Shown here one piece after another: positions 38,703 through 48,867 of a DNA stretch of 64,000 bases. The number at the start of each line of letters is the position of its first letter. The stretch's first letter is position 1. The notes below the pieces were generated by a model. The model saw only the letters and a list, made by a program, of their open reading frames with translations, was not told where the DNA came from and did not search any database. Source of the stretch: a virus (lineage: Duplodnaviria; Caudoviricetes); IMG/VR virus record IMGVR_UViG_3300020050_009836, positions 19,861 through 83,860 of that record; one strand, 5' to 3'. The position numbers were made by a program, and so were the translations under genes.

Positions 38703-39170
38703 ATGTGGCCAAGTAACAGCGGCATAAAGCCAAGACCAAGTGACGAAGATATCTATAAACAAACAACTAAGCAAGTACTTGATAAGTTGGTGGAACTGCG
38801 AGAGAATCGACGTTCATATGAGTGGATAGCATGCTACATGTTTACCAACAACTACCAGTCGCCATATAAGCGCTGGAACGTGAAGTTAGTCAAGTCACTT
38901 CTTTGGTCTCATGGGTTTAAACGGGAAACAATGTACAAGGCTCCGGACTACCGATACTTACTACTCATTGAATCCTTGAAGGCTGATGGCGTGAGTGTTG
39001 ACGATATAGCCGAGCATCTAAACAGCCAAGGTAAGAAGACAGTAAATGGTAATCCGTTTACTGGAAGCTTGGTAAAGCAGTACGTTAGTCGTTACAACGG
39101 ACTCAAGGTCAAGTACGGTGACGATGTTGTTAGGTTTACGAAACCAGTGGAGGAAGACGATGACATTTGA
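38703..39170 (+). CDS. protein with two recombinase-domain-like HTH repeats, no catalytic domain
   Basis: L...G.S...IA..LN..G..T..G..F...LVK pattern occurs twice. Confidence 0.55.
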   Translation: MWPSNSGIKPRPSDEDIYKQTTKQVLDKLVELRENRRSYEWIACYMFTNNYQSPYKRWNVKLVKSLLWSHGFKRETMYKAPDYRYLLLIESLKADGVSVDDIAEHLNSQGKKTVNGNPFTGSLVKQYVSRYNGLKVKYGDDVVRFTKPVEEDDDI

Positions 39171-39414
39171 AGAAGCAGTAAAGGCTATGGATAACGGTTC
39201 CTTTGTCCGTAGGTCTGGATGGTCAAAGAACATCAAGTTGTACGCAGCCTATCCGACAGACGAACAAGATAAACGAGAGTTAAACAACAAGCGGCATATC
39301 TTTGCACAGATTGACTCATACGAGCCAGAATACGCCATCTTCCGTATATCGGACATCTATGGTGACGACTGGTATGTCATTGATGAGGACAACATTACAG
39401 ACAATGAGTTGTAA
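39160..39414 (+). CDS. DUF2829/Tad2-like protein
   Basis: MTFEEA.KA...G..VRR.GW ... SDI..DDW.V. Confidence 0.72.
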   Translation: MTFEEAVKAMDNGSFVRRSGWSKNIKLYAAYPTDEQDKRELNNKRHIFAQIDSYEPEYAIFRISDIYGDDWYVIDEDNITDNEL

Positions 39415-39691
39415 GTACAACGACAAACAACTGCGAGCAATGAGTCATGTATATAGTGCTCACCTAGTAAAAGGAAACGTCGGTGAAGGTGACTACTATC
39501 CATTGATGTATGGAGTGGAAAGCGTAGTCAACTTGGCTATGACTGAGAAGGGTGCCGCCTTTACTTACAGTAGGGGTGATTGGCACGTGATTTACATCCG
39601 TGACAAGAGGAAGTGGAAGGAAGACGAAGACTTTCTACTTACGGCTATCAAGGGTGATGCAGTGTTTTATCAAACGGAGGATGACAAATGA
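39404..39691 (+). CDS. hypothetical protein
   Basis: Coupled ORF. Confidence 0.55.
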   Translation: MSCKYNDKQLRAMSHVYSAHLVKGNVGEGDYYPLMYGVESVVNLAMTEKGAAFTYSRGDWHVIYIRDKRKWKEDEDFLLTAIKGDAVFYQTEDDK

Positions 39692-39891
39692 CATTTGGAC
39701 AGATTTACGGCGCACTGAAAAAGGGACGATGGGTTGGTCGCTCTAGCAAAGAGAGTGAACGGTTGTCGATTATGGATGGCAGAATCCTTACATCCGTTTG
39801 GGTTGATGAGAAGTTTGTTGTTTATGTCAATAGTGACGTAATGCTGACAGCAGATGATTTACTAGCCGAAGACTGGGTTGTCTACAACTAA
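39688..39891 (+). CDS. DUF2829/Tad2-like protein
   Basis: MTFGQ...ALKKG..V.R ... T.DDLLAEDWVV. Confidence 0.72.
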   Translation: MTFGQIYGALKKGRWVGRSSKESERLSIMDGRILTSVWVDEKFVVYVNSDVMLTADDLLAEDWVVYN

Positions 39892-40126
39892 AGACCACGG
39901 CTTCTGCCGTGACATAACCCTTCTTTGCCGACGTGTAGATAAGGGTTATGTTATTGAGTGTGCCTACGTTAGGGCATTAGGTGCAGCAATGGCATCTAGG
40001 CATAGGAACGCCGACTTACTCAAGAAGCATCAAAAAGAATGCAACAGTAAAGGGCTTAACTGGGAGAAGTACTGGACGGGTGACCCGTACTTTACGAAGA
40101 AGGTTAAAGTCAGAGACTACGGCTAG
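39878..40126 (+). CDS. hypothetical protein
   Basis: Coupled ORF. Confidence 0.5.
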   Translation: MSTTKDHGFCRDITLLCRRVDKGYVIECAYVRALGAAMASRHRNADLLKKHQKECNSKGLNWEKYWTGDPYFTKKVKVRDYG

Positions 40127-40191
40127 TAGTTTATAATCTTTACGAAGTAATAGGTCAAGTCACCGGAAGTTTCAGTAGGGGAGAAGAGTGT

Positions 40192-40584
40192 ATGTTTGAA
40201 AGCGTAAGTGACCATCCGTCTAACTGGCAGTGTGTAGTTGATTACGACCATGTAGTCAACGGTATCAAGGCTGTAGTCGGCGACGTAACTGACATCGGTG
40301 TATTTGCTGAGATATATCCGTGCATCTTTGAAATGGCTGATAAAGATATCGTGGACGGCTGGTGTGCTATCGACAAGGTAGCCTTTGCCGCCGCCATAGG
40401 CTTCTACACGGCTACTGCTGTTCAGTCGCTATACAAGACGGTATCGCACCGGATGATATCAGCAATAACAGTTGCTCCCGTCATTGACTTGATGCAAGCT
40501 GGGCTATTACGGGTAGAGGCTAATGCTATCTATTTACGGCATGTAGATGGTATGGAGTTGATACCAGAATCACCTTATGAGTAA
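40192..40584 (+). CDS. hypothetical protein
   Basis: SD AGGGGAG; 130 aa. Confidence 0.65.
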   Translation: MFESVSDHPSNWQCVVDYDHVVNGIKAVVGDVTDIGVFAEIYPCIFEMADKDIVDGWCAIDKVAFAAAIGFYTATAVQSLYKTVSHRMISAITVAPVIDLMQAGLLRVEANAIYLRHVDGMELIPESPYE

Positions 40585-41002
40585 TGTTGACAAACAACCG
40601 GCTAGTGTTGTAAACCGTAAGACCCATGGAAGAATCGAACTGCCTAGGCATGATGACTCATTACTACGTGAGTACTGCCGTAAGAAGCGGTTACTAAACG
40701 GCTGGACGTACGCTTACGTGGGTAGGCAAGTACTACAGCGAAACGGTAAGCCGTACTCAAAGATGAACATCTATAACTGGGTTACTGGACGTATACACTT
40801 CGGACCAGAGTACTCCTTCAAGATGGCTCAAGCATTTCGTGTACATCCAGTGTATGCAGCTTTCCTTATGCGTAGGATTCCAGAGTACGAGTTAGTAGAT
40901 GATTATCCAGATGAGAGTGAGGTCGTTGACTACCTTATGAGCGGCATGCAACAGTTTGGATTTAAGATAAAAGCGGAAGATAAGAAGTATGAAATTATCT
41001 GA
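40577..41002 (+). CDS. XRE-family HTH regulator
   Basis: LREY...RL.NGWT...VG..V......NW..G...A.AF.V. Confidence 0.65.
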   Translation: MSNVDKQPASVVNRKTHGRIELPRHDDSLLREYCRKKRLLNGWTYAYVGRQVLQRNGKPYSKMNIYNWVTGRIHFGPEYSFKMAQAFRVHPVYAAFLMRRIPEYELVDDYPDESEVVDYLMSGMQQFGFKIKAEDKKYEII

Positions 41003-41282
41003 CTATGTGAAGAGACGACGTAAAGAACTAGGGCTAACACAAAAAGAATTAGCTCGTGCCGCTGGTCAAGACTCTGGCTGGATATGCATGCTTGAGACCG
41101 GGTTACGTAACTGTGGTAACCAAACAGCAGAGCCACTAGCCAAGGCGTTAGGTGTACGAGCAGACGTACTACACTTGCTTAGTGGTCACTCACCAGTACT
41201 AGACTTCCGTGATGACATACCCATGGAAGACATAGAGGCTGCCATCGATGAGTTCAAAGCAAAGGTAGCAAACAACTATTAG
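40989..41282 (+). CDS. XRE-family HTH regulator
   Basis: KRRRKELGLTQKELA..AG....I..LE.G.R...LAKALGV. Confidence 0.9.
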   Translation: MKLSDYVKRRRKELGLTQKELARAAGQDSGWICMLETGLRNCGNQTAEPLAKALGVRADVLHLLSGHSPVLDFRDDIPMEDIEAAIDEFKAKVANNY

Positions 41283-41584
41283 CAGGACCAGACTGCCACC
41301 GTCATGCTGTTTGCTGGTAATAGCCTAACTCAGCAGTCCTGTGGTGGTGGGTGAGTAGTTGATTATGCAAAGATATGCTGCATATACAAATCTATATCTA
41401 GGGATGAATTAGGGAATGCCTCTGTAGGTTCAAATTTGGCGATTCTAGGCACTTTGTATACGTTGTGGATACTTTATCCAATATGTACCAAATGTAGCGT
41501 ATTTAGGCAAAATAGATGCCATGTAGACAAAACAAAACCGGATGATTTCTCATCCGGTTTATTACTACGTGGTGGTGGTAGGTT

Positions 41585-41962
41585 TTATCCTACCGGTACA
41601 AATGACCCGTGAAAGTCTAGGAAACTTTCAGTACCGTCATCCAACTTGATTTCAAAACACATACTAACAGTGGTAGGTTCACCGGATTTACCAGCGGTTA
41701 CCGTCATTTCGTGATGTGTGATGCATCCAGAGTATGCACAGCACATTAACCACGATGCCATGTCAGCGGATTTACCACTAGTGGTAGTAACGTTATCACC
41801 ATAGATAACAGTGGATGAGTACTCATCCATTTCGACAACGTCAAAGTACTTGACAACTTCAGTACGATAGAAACGATGTTGGAATTTGCCATCCGTCCAA
41901 TTGCCATTAGGGCGGATTTGAGTCATTGCGATTGCGTTCTGGATGAGTTGATTTGCTGTCAT
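41585..41962 (-). CDS. cassette protein, GGAACC leader
   Basis: AAGGGAACC-TATC-ATG; terminator at 41533-41561. Confidence 0.8.
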   Translation of the reverse strand: MTANQLIQNAIAMTQIRPNGNWTDGKFQHRFYRTEVVKYFDVVEMDEYSSTVIYGDNVTTTSGKSADMASWLMCCAYSGCITHHEMTVTAGKSGEPTTVSMCFEIKLDDGTESFLDFHGSFVPVG

Positions 41963-42285
41963 GATAGGTTCCCTTCAGAGTCAGTGTAGAACGATTTCTA
42001 CATACCGATGTTACCACTTTGTATACGTACTGCAAGAAAATAAACCGACTATTTTCAAGCCGGTATACAATGTACAAATGTTACTGACAGTCACCATGGT
42101 GGTGACGTATAGTCACATAGGATTTTGGCAGGACGGTAGTTGCATAATCAACTGTTGCTAAATCAACTACTTTTGCAACCTACCTAAATATCCTGTGGTG
42201 GCAGCTCGGTGTGACTATTAGTCACATGCCAGTGATAAAGAAAAACCGGTTGGATGTCCAACCGGTTTGGGTACTACGATGTGGA

Positions 42286-42525
42286 TTAGTCGGCGATGTA
42301 GTCCGTCTGGTTCCACACCTTCACACGATAGGTTTTATTGTTGAAGTCGGTCAATTCCCAGACTTCATTGAGTCCCCAGACTCGGATAAGTTTAGCGGAA
42401 ATAAGGTTTGGATGGATTTCATCCAAAGCGAATTCACGGCTATAAAAGATTTCTATCCTTGCTTTGTTCAAGGATGCCTCACGGGTGAGGTTTTCGGCGA
42501 TACTGATTTCCATTTGCTTTGTCAT
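42286..42525 (-). CDS. cassette protein, GGAACC leader
   Basis: AGGGAACC leader; terminator near 42241. Confidence 0.8.
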   Translation of the reverse strand: MTKQMEISIAENLTREASLNKARIEIFYSREFALDEIHPNLISAKLIRVWGLNEVWELTDFNNKTYRVKVWNQTDYIAD

Positions 42526-42566
42526 TGTTTTGGTTCCCTATTGTTAGTGCAGAACGATTTCTGCGA

Positions 42567-42704
42567 TTATGCCCCGGTTGCGACCTTCACGATTAACATC
42601 ATGAGTACAAAGATAATTCCACACATCGTAGCGATGTAGTGTGGAACCATTTCATTGAGGGTGTCTGCGTCCGGCTTCATGAGTATCTTGATGTGCTTTA
42701 TCAT
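42567..42704 (-). CDS. 45-aa membrane peptide (paralogue of 44972..45109)
   Basis: Manual translation MIKHIKILMKPDADTLNEMVPHYIATMCGIIFVLMMLIVKVATGA. Confidence 0.8.
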   Translation of the reverse strand: MIKHIKILMKPDADTLNEMVPHYIATMCGIIFVLMMLIVKVATGA

Positions 42705-43183
42705 TTTCGTTTTTCCTTTTGATTCAGTGCAGAACGATTTCTACACCGACAAGTTACCACATTGTCAATAGAGTGCAAGTATTTACCTAAACTATTTTTT
42801 CCCTATCCTAAAACAGCAAAACGGCATCTGTTTACCTATAACGTATAGCATTTGACAAATGCCCCTATAGGTTCAAATTTGGCGATTCTAGGCACTTTGT
42901 ATACGTTATGGCATAACTTATCGGTTTGGTGTAAAAACGGCTCCATTTAGGCGAATTTCAAGCGATAGCAAAAACGGGATGGCAAACGATTGTTCGTATG
43001 GTGACTATTCGTCACATGCCGGTTGACAGGAAAGTAGTTGCGGAATCAATAGTTGATTAATCAACTAATTTTGCAACTACCCAATTATCCTGTGGTGGTG
43101 GCTGGTAGTTGATTATGCAACGATGTCATGACAAAGAAAAACCGGTTGGAAATCCAACCGGTTTGATGCCTACGATGTATACA

Positions 43184-43519
43184 CTAGTGAAGGTGTATAT
43201 AGGTACCAGTACCTTCACACGTAACACACTCAATACTTTGTATGCCATACTCAAATGAGTGCATCGTTATGTCGCTAGCGTTCATAATGATGTCAACGGC
43301 ATTGCCTACTGTTATAGGCGTATATTCGCGATTTCTACCCGTTGATAGGTCGTAGGATTCACGAAGGTTCATAATCTCACGGATAACGTCACGTCCGGTA
43401 ACGTCACGACGGGTCACCTCCCATTCAGAGTCAGTATCGGATTGCACGATACGTGCACCGACTTCGATTGCCGTCATGAGTGTGTGGATGATGATTTGCT
43501 TCATTGGTTTGGTTCCCAT
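43184..43519 (-). CDS. cassette protein (MGTK start, or the second ATG at 43504)
   Basis: ATGGGAACCAAA; terminator near 43136. Confidence 0.75.
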   Translation of the reverse strand: MGTKPMKQIIIHTLMTAIEVGARIVQSDTDSEWEVTRRDVTGRDVIREIMNLRESYDLSTGRNREYTPITVGNAVDIIMNASDITMHSFEYGIQSIECVTCEGTGTYIHLH

Positions 43520-43819
43520 TTTCGTTACTGTGTAAGCACGATTGCCTACGGTATTATTTTACCAGATTGTCAACGTATCGCTCATTCTTTTACGTAATAT
43601 ATTGTAAATAGTGCATAACATTTTCACCATGGTGACGTTTGGTCACATCCGCAGTTCACAGGAAAGTAGTTGCGAAATCAATAGTTGCATAATCAACTAC
43701 ATTTACACCAACGAAAAAGTCCTGCCATGTCGGTTGTTTGTTTGATTTTGCAACGATGTCATGACATAAGTAAACCGGTTGGATTTCTCCAACCGGTTGG
43801 ATGCAACCAAGGATATGGA

Positions 43820-44041
43820 TTAGAAATCCAAGTCTACATCCGTTTGTGCGATTACCTTGACGGTGCGTCCGCTTTGGAGCGTCACGCTCCATACTTCAGT
43901 ACCACCCTTGGTACGGATGATTTTCGCATCCACCATACCGGTGAACGTGTCATACGTCATATCGGACGTACGTGACATAAGGATGTCAATGCGGATGGAT
44001 GCCATGGCATCGGTGGTGGTGGTGGTGGTGGTGGTGTTCAT
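43820..44041 (-). CDS. cassette protein with N-terminal poly-Thr
   Basis: AAGGGAACC leader; (ACC)8. Confidence 0.75.
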   Translation of the reverse strand: MNTTTTTTTTDAMASIRIDILMSRTSDMTYDTFTGMVDAKIIRTKGGTEVWSVTLQSGRTVKVIAQTDVDLDF

Positions 44042-44058
44042 ATTGGTTCCCTTTACGA

Positions 44059-44175
44059 TTACTTGACTAGATTGCCAAGGGTGACGATAACAGCGACGAT
44101 GATTGCGAAGGCGAATACACTTGACACAATAAGGGCAAGGTTCATGACTTCGGCTTTGGTGGTTTGGGGTTGCAC
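44059..44175 (-). CDS. 38-aa membrane peptide, leaderless GTG
   Basis: TATACT-6 nt-GTG; VQPQTTKAEVMNLALIVSSVFAFAIIVAVIVTLGNLVK. Confidence 0.55.
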   Translation of the reverse strand: MQPQTTKAEVMNLALIVSSVFAFAIIVAVIVTLGNLVK

Positions 44176-44411
44176 GGCATTAGTATATCAGATTGTCACG
44201 TATACAAGGGTAAATACGGTGGAGCCAAGAAAAATAAACCGACTATTTTTAGCTCGTTTACCAGTGATAGGTATGGTGACTATTTGTCACTATGGTGACT
44301 ATCAGTCACGTGGTGGATAGCAGGAACAGCTGCCAGCAGTGGAGCCTGTGAGGTGGCATAAAAGAAACCGGTTGGATGTCCAACCGGTTTGGGTACTACG
44401 ATGGATGCCGA

Positions 44412-44744
44412 CTAGTCGGCATCTATTATGGTGGCAACGATTTCGTACCACATGCCACCAAAGTAGACATCGCATTCAAGCGTGTCACTCATTGGCGATG
44501 TGGTGATTTCGATGTGATTGATTTCATTTTCAAGCACATCGGTAAGGATGTGATATGCAAGCACATTCACATCGTGGAATTTGACGCTAGATGCATCATT
44601 TGATGCCAGAAATGCACTCTTGAATTCGAGTGCTGGACATTGGCTCACGATGTTATTTGCCGTGTCTTTGTAGCCAATTTCGGCATAGACATAGCCGGAT
44701 GTGCTATGTGCTTTGTTGATGAGAGAGAGGATAAGTGACTTCAT
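44412..44744 (-). CDS. cassette protein, GGAACC leader
   Basis: AAGGGAACC leader; terminator near 44362. Confidence 0.8.
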   Translation of the reverse strand: MKSLILSLINKAHSTSGYVYAEIGYKDTANNIVSQCPALEFKSAFLASNDASSVKFHDVNVLAYHILTDVLENEINHIEITTSPMSDTLECDVYFGGMWYEIVATIIDAD

Positions 44745-44971
44745 TTTGGGCGGTTCCCTTCGTTACTGGATGGCACGATTGCCATGCCAATATTTTACCA
44801 GATTGTCAACATATCGCACATTTATTTAGTTATTACTGCATAAGGGTATTCCGTTGCATAATCAACTACCGGCGGAGTTAGCAGGAACGGCTCTACGTGG
44901 TCGAACCTGCCATCAGGCATAGAAAAACCGGTTGGATGTCCAACCGGTTGGATACTACGATGTGCTACCGG

Positions 44972-45109
44972 TTATGCACCAGTAGCGATTTTGATTGCCA
45001 TCATCACTAGAATGAACGCCAATCCCGTCATTGCAACGATGTAGTGTGGAATCATTTCCTTGACGGTGTCAGCGTCCGGATTCAACAAAATCTTGATGTG
45101 CTTTATCAT
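44972..45109 (-). CDS. 45-aa membrane peptide (paralogue of 42567..42704)
   Basis: MIKHIKILLNPDADTVKEMIPHYIVAMTGLAFILVMMAIKIATGA. Confidence 0.8.
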   Translation of the reverse strand: MIKHIKILLNPDADTVKEMIPHYIVAMTGLAFILVMMAIKIATGA

Positions 45110-45123
45110 TGTCCTATCCTTTC

Positions 45124-45288
45124 CTATAAACCCATGTAGTGACGCGTCACTAGCACGATGAACGTTACGATGCCACCGGTGAAACCGAGCACAAATGCTC
45201 CGAGTAGTACGGTGAAAACGCCAAATGCGAATGGTGACATGACACGACTATAGTCGATGTCGGTGGTGGTGGTTTCTTTGGTTCCCAT
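45124..45288 (-). CDS. 54-aa membrane peptide, leaderless MGTK start
   Basis: TATAAT-7 nt-ATGGGAACCAAA. Confidence 0.7.
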   Translation of the reverse strand: MGTKETTTTDIDYSRVMSPFAFGVFTVLLGAFVLGFTGGIVTFIVLVTRHYMGL

Positions 45289-45527
45289 GCCTATCATTAT
45301 ACAAGATTGTCAACATATCGCACATTTATTTACGTATTACTTGCGAACTGTTGCATAATCAACAAACGGCAAATTATCCTGTAGTCGGTTTTTGTTGCGA
45401 AATCAAGAATGTGACTTTTGGTCACGTCGAAACCGAGAAAAAGCTCAAAAGTCGTAATTGGCGGTTTCTGCACAGTGCAGGGAGGCGGTCTCCGCCCCCC
45501 CCCTCCCCCCCGCCCCGGTGAAATTTT

Positions 45528-45755
45528 TCAATAATGAAAATCGTACACGCAATCAGCACAGAGGTTTATCTCCTCCGTACGTACGACTTCACCCTTGTAA
45601 TCGTGCTTATGAAGGATGCACTCATACACGTCATTTGCGAGTCCATTATTACAGCAGTCGCAACCCATACGTGTAAAGGTTTTTTCTTCACTATTTGTCA
45701 TGGTGACATTTGCACCGGACATCTCAAGCGAATCCAACATTTCTTCCCAAGTCAT
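45528..45755 (-). CDS. Cys-rich cassette protein (paralogue of 48634..48867)
   Basis: CDCC...C..C; AGGGAACC leader. Confidence 0.8.
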   Translation of the reverse strand: MTWEEMLDSLEMSGANVTMTNSEEKTFTRMGCDCCNNGLANDVYECILHKHDYKGEVVRTEEINLCADCVYDFHY

Positions 45756-45937
45756 TTTTGGTTCCCTCCGTAGCATTTCGCTACATCAATATAATAACAT
45801 GTCTGGTATACAAAGTCAATATATTTCCAAGTAAATGTCTGGACATTCTGGTGGCAGGATATTTTGCTTCCAGCCTCACCTGTGAGAAAACGAAAAAGAA
45901 AAAGCCGGGATTTCTCCCGGCTGCTAGCAGTTGCCTA

Positions 45938-46192
45938 CTAGATACTGCGATAGGCTGCGACAGCTCGCTGCATAGGCTCCAAGTACTCACAGCGGACCAT
46001 GAAAGCTTGCATTTTGAGTGATGCAATTTCGTTTGGCGTTTGTGCATCACGGATACCATCTATCATGATTTCCAGTGCATGCAGCGCATCGGACAAATCA
46101 GAGCTTGGCACAGCATGCATGCGAGCGATAACGGATGCAACGGAGTCGGAGGACGTGTCTACGGAGTCCCAACCGTGTGTAGTGTTTTCCAT
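45938..46192 (-). CDS. leaderless MENTT protein
   Basis: TTGACA-17-TAAGAT-6 nt-ATGGAAAACACTAC. Confidence 0.85.
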   Translation of the reverse strand: MENTTHGWDSVDTSSDSVASVIARMHAVPSSDLSDALHALEIMIDGIRDAQTPNEIASLKMQAFMVRCEYLEPMQRAVAAYRSI

Positions 46193-46366
46193 GTCTATAT
46201 CTTATGCCATAAATGGGAGAATGTCAACAACTATTTTGCATTTACGTGAAATAGTTTTGTTGCATAATCAAACAACTGGCAGCGGCAGGATAGACGGGTA
46301 GTCATGAGTCCTGCTAGTAGGCAAGAAAAGAGCCGGTATTTCTACCGGCTTGACTAGGATAGGTTT

Positions 46367-46597
46367 CTACTTGAAACCTATCCGTTTCCTCCACGTTGGG
46401 GCATTTCTCGGCTCTGAGCGGTACCGCAGCTCTGCATTGCAGTAGTGCATTTCGTCGGAGTAGTAACCGGTATTACTATTCCACGGTTGGAGCTCGATTA
46501 CTTGCTGGCAATCAGCGATTATGTAATTGAGCGAGTGATTCGACAGTGTAGCCGCGTACCGCTGGTACTCGGAATGTTGCATGTGTTTGGTTCCCAT
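46367..46597 (-). CDS. leaderless MGTK cassette protein
   Basis: TTGCAA-17-TAAATT-6 nt-ATGGGAACC. Confidence 0.8.
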   Translation of the reverse strand: MGTKHMQHSEYQRYAATLSNHSLNYIIADCQQVIELQPWNSNTGYYSDEMHYCNAELRYRSEPRNAPTWRKRIGFK

Positions 46598-46763
46598 GCA
46601 TCTAATTTACCATCACTTTGTATACGTTGCAAATGTATTTTGTTGTTAGAGAATAACTATTGAATATGCAACTATCTGTAGAAGAGTGGCAGGACTGCTG
46701 AGTAGGTGTACAGCCTGTCGCTAGGCAAAAGAAAACTCGGATTTCTCCGAGTTAGTTCACTAA

Positions 46764-47018
46764 TCAATAAGTTATGTAAACTGATGTGTGGTGAATGTTG
46801 TCCATCAAAACGCACTCATCCATTACCGTGATGCACCAGCGGTGATGTTCAAATGTCATAAAGTGAGTCCGCTCACCGGTCTTACGGTACCGATTAATAG
46901 CCGTGGTCGCTTTTGTTTCGTATACCTTTGCATATTCCGGCTTGCTACCCGGCAATTCGTCAATGTAAATTTCGTACGTTGGATGCTTGATGCTCACTAG
47001 TGTTGCGATTGTTTTCAT
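46764..47018 (-). CDS. cassette protein, GGAACC leader
   Basis: AGGGAACCAAT-ATG. Confidence 0.8.
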   Translation of the reverse strand: MKTIATLVSIKHPTYEIYIDELPGSKPEYAKVYETKATTAINRYRKTGERTHFMTFEHHRWCITVMDECVLMDNIHHTSVYITY

Positions 47019-47303
47019 ATTGGTTCCCTCACCTAAATATTACCATAGTTTGTATACGTGCACACTATTATTCACTCAATTTCAAAACTATTTTTCAGCG
47101 AGATTTAGGCAGGACAATCAGCCTACTGCCAAGCCTGTCGATGTGACCAGCAGTCACGTGTGACTCAGCGTCACGTTGGTGACTATCAGTCACGGTGACC
47201 AGCCATCACTATGTGAATATGCCCTATACAGGTGGTCTGTGTGGCACCCCCCCCCTCCCCCTGAGCTGGAAAAAGGAAAGCCGGGATTTCTCCCGGCTGG
47301 TGA

Positions 47304-47504
47304 CTACGCTTCGTTGCACGTTGCGCAGTCGTTGCAGATATCTTCATCTGCTATCCAATCATCCTCCCAAACCCAGTCACCGCACTGTGTGCACTGCATG
47401 GTGCTAGGCTCCGCACCGTAGCAATCATCATCCATATCACCCGTCATCATCTCAGCATCCAGCCACGGTGCGATATTCGATTCCAACATCCATTCTTCGT
47501 CCAT
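47304..47504 (-). CDS. acidic Zn-ribbon-like cassette protein
   Basis: CTQC...C..C..C; AGGGAACC leader. Confidence 0.8.
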   Translation of the reverse strand: MDEEWMLESNIAPWLDAEMMTGDMDDDCYGAEPSTMQCTQCGDWVWEDDWIADEDICNDCATCNEA

Positions 47505-47679
47505 TTGGTTCCCTCTTTCCTACACTATTAATATATCATTGCACGTAGACAATGTCAAGAAAATAGACAAAGTATTTTAGTTGCATAATCAACAAACAAC
47601 GGGAATGGCAGGAATGTCGATAGGTATAGCAGCCTGTGATAAAGCAAAAGATAGCCGGGATTTCTCCCGGCTTGAGTTA

Positions 47680-47961
47680 TTAGAAGGGTAAAACCTCCTC
47701 ATCCAACTGCATGAAGATGTCGGCTTCACAGATTTGTAGCACCGGCTCAGTGCACCATGGACGCTCAATAACCACGTCCACTCTAAAGTCAGAGTAATCT
47801 GCCGAGTGCTTTCCAATGACACTTTGAAGCATTTGCTTCGCTAGTACCATTTTGAAATTACGGGTCACTTCGTCCTCAATGTTGAAGCGAAGGGAAACGA
47901 GCGACTCAAGCCGTTCGTCACCACGACCGACGAAGTCGAAATGAAGTGTAGTGTTTTCCAT
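47680..47961 (-). CDS. leaderless MENTT protein
   Basis: TAAGAT-6 nt-ATG. Confidence 0.85.
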   Translation of the reverse strand: MENTTLHFDFVGRGDERLESLVSLRFNIEDEVTRNFKMVLAKQMLQSVIGKHSADYSDFRVDVVIERPWCTEPVLQICEADIFMQLDEEVLPF

Positions 47962-48099
47962 GTCTATATCTTATCACACTTTGTCAATACTGCAAGAACT
48001 ATTTTATGCAAGGGTGAGGCTTGGCAGGAGTAGCACCGAGCATGACAGCCTGTCATGAGACATAAAAAGAGCCGGTATTTCTACCGGCTGGTGGATGTC

Positions 48100-48429
48100 C
48101 TAGACTGCGAGTCCAAGACATCCGATAACGGCTCCCGTGGAGTCCCGTACGAGTCCGTGTGGACTCACAAGGTCGATTCTATGTGAAGCGGCTGCTTTCA
48201 CGAGTCCCGACACAATATACCGAGTCCCCTTGATTGGTTCAGGAAGTCCGGTGATATCACCGTATGCTACACCGAATACGGGGATTTTCCCGTTCACAAG
48301 TGCAGTCTGCACCTCTTGGGTTTCGACACGTGCCACACGCCCATTTGCTGGGAATGTGTGGATGATATTGCCATTTGGCGATACCACACGGATTGCGTGT
48401 GGAGTGAGATTGATAAAGCGAGTCTGCAT
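48100..48429 (-). CDS. conserved phage protein (NLTPH motif)
   Basis: INLTPH..G.VARV..GLP.P...IVS..V; GGAGGGGAACC leader. Confidence 0.8.
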   Translation of the reverse strand: MQTRFINLTPHAIRVVSPNGNIIHTFPANGRVARVETQEVQTALVNGKIPVFGVAYGDITGLPEPIKGTRYIVSGLVKAAASHRIDLVSPHGLVRDSTGAVIGCLGLAV

Positions 48430-48633
48430 GGTTCCCCTCCGAAGTGGATTAGGTTGTTTCCTATCCACACACTAATAATACCATACCTATTGACAATGTC
48501 AAGCGATATTGCAAACTATTTCGTATTTTGTTGTTTGATTATTCAAATAGATGTAAGGCTTGGCAGGACTAACACCTAGTATGGCAGCCTGTCATGAGGC
48601 ATAAAAAGAGCCGGGATTTCTCCCGGCTTTCGC

Positions 48634-48867
48634 CTATTCACCGTAGTGGAAGATACACAGACACTCAGCACATATGCTAACTTCTTCGGTTCGTACCACT
48701 TCACCGGTGTAATCGTGCTTGTGTAGTACACAGTCGTACACATCGTTCCCTAATCCATCGTTGCAACAATCGCAACCCAATCGGCGGAATGAGCGTTCTT
48801 CGCTGCCGGTCATCGTGACATTAGCACCGGACAATTCGAGCGAGTCTAGAAATTCTTCCCAAGTCAT
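48634..48867 (-). CDS. Cys-rich cassette protein (paralogue of 45528..45755)
   Basis: Colinear with and highly similar to its paralogue. Confidence 0.85.
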   Translation of the reverse strand: MTWEEFLDSLELSGANVTMTGSEERSFRRLGCDCCNDGLGNDVYDCVLHKHDYTGEVVRTEEVSICAECLCIFHYGE

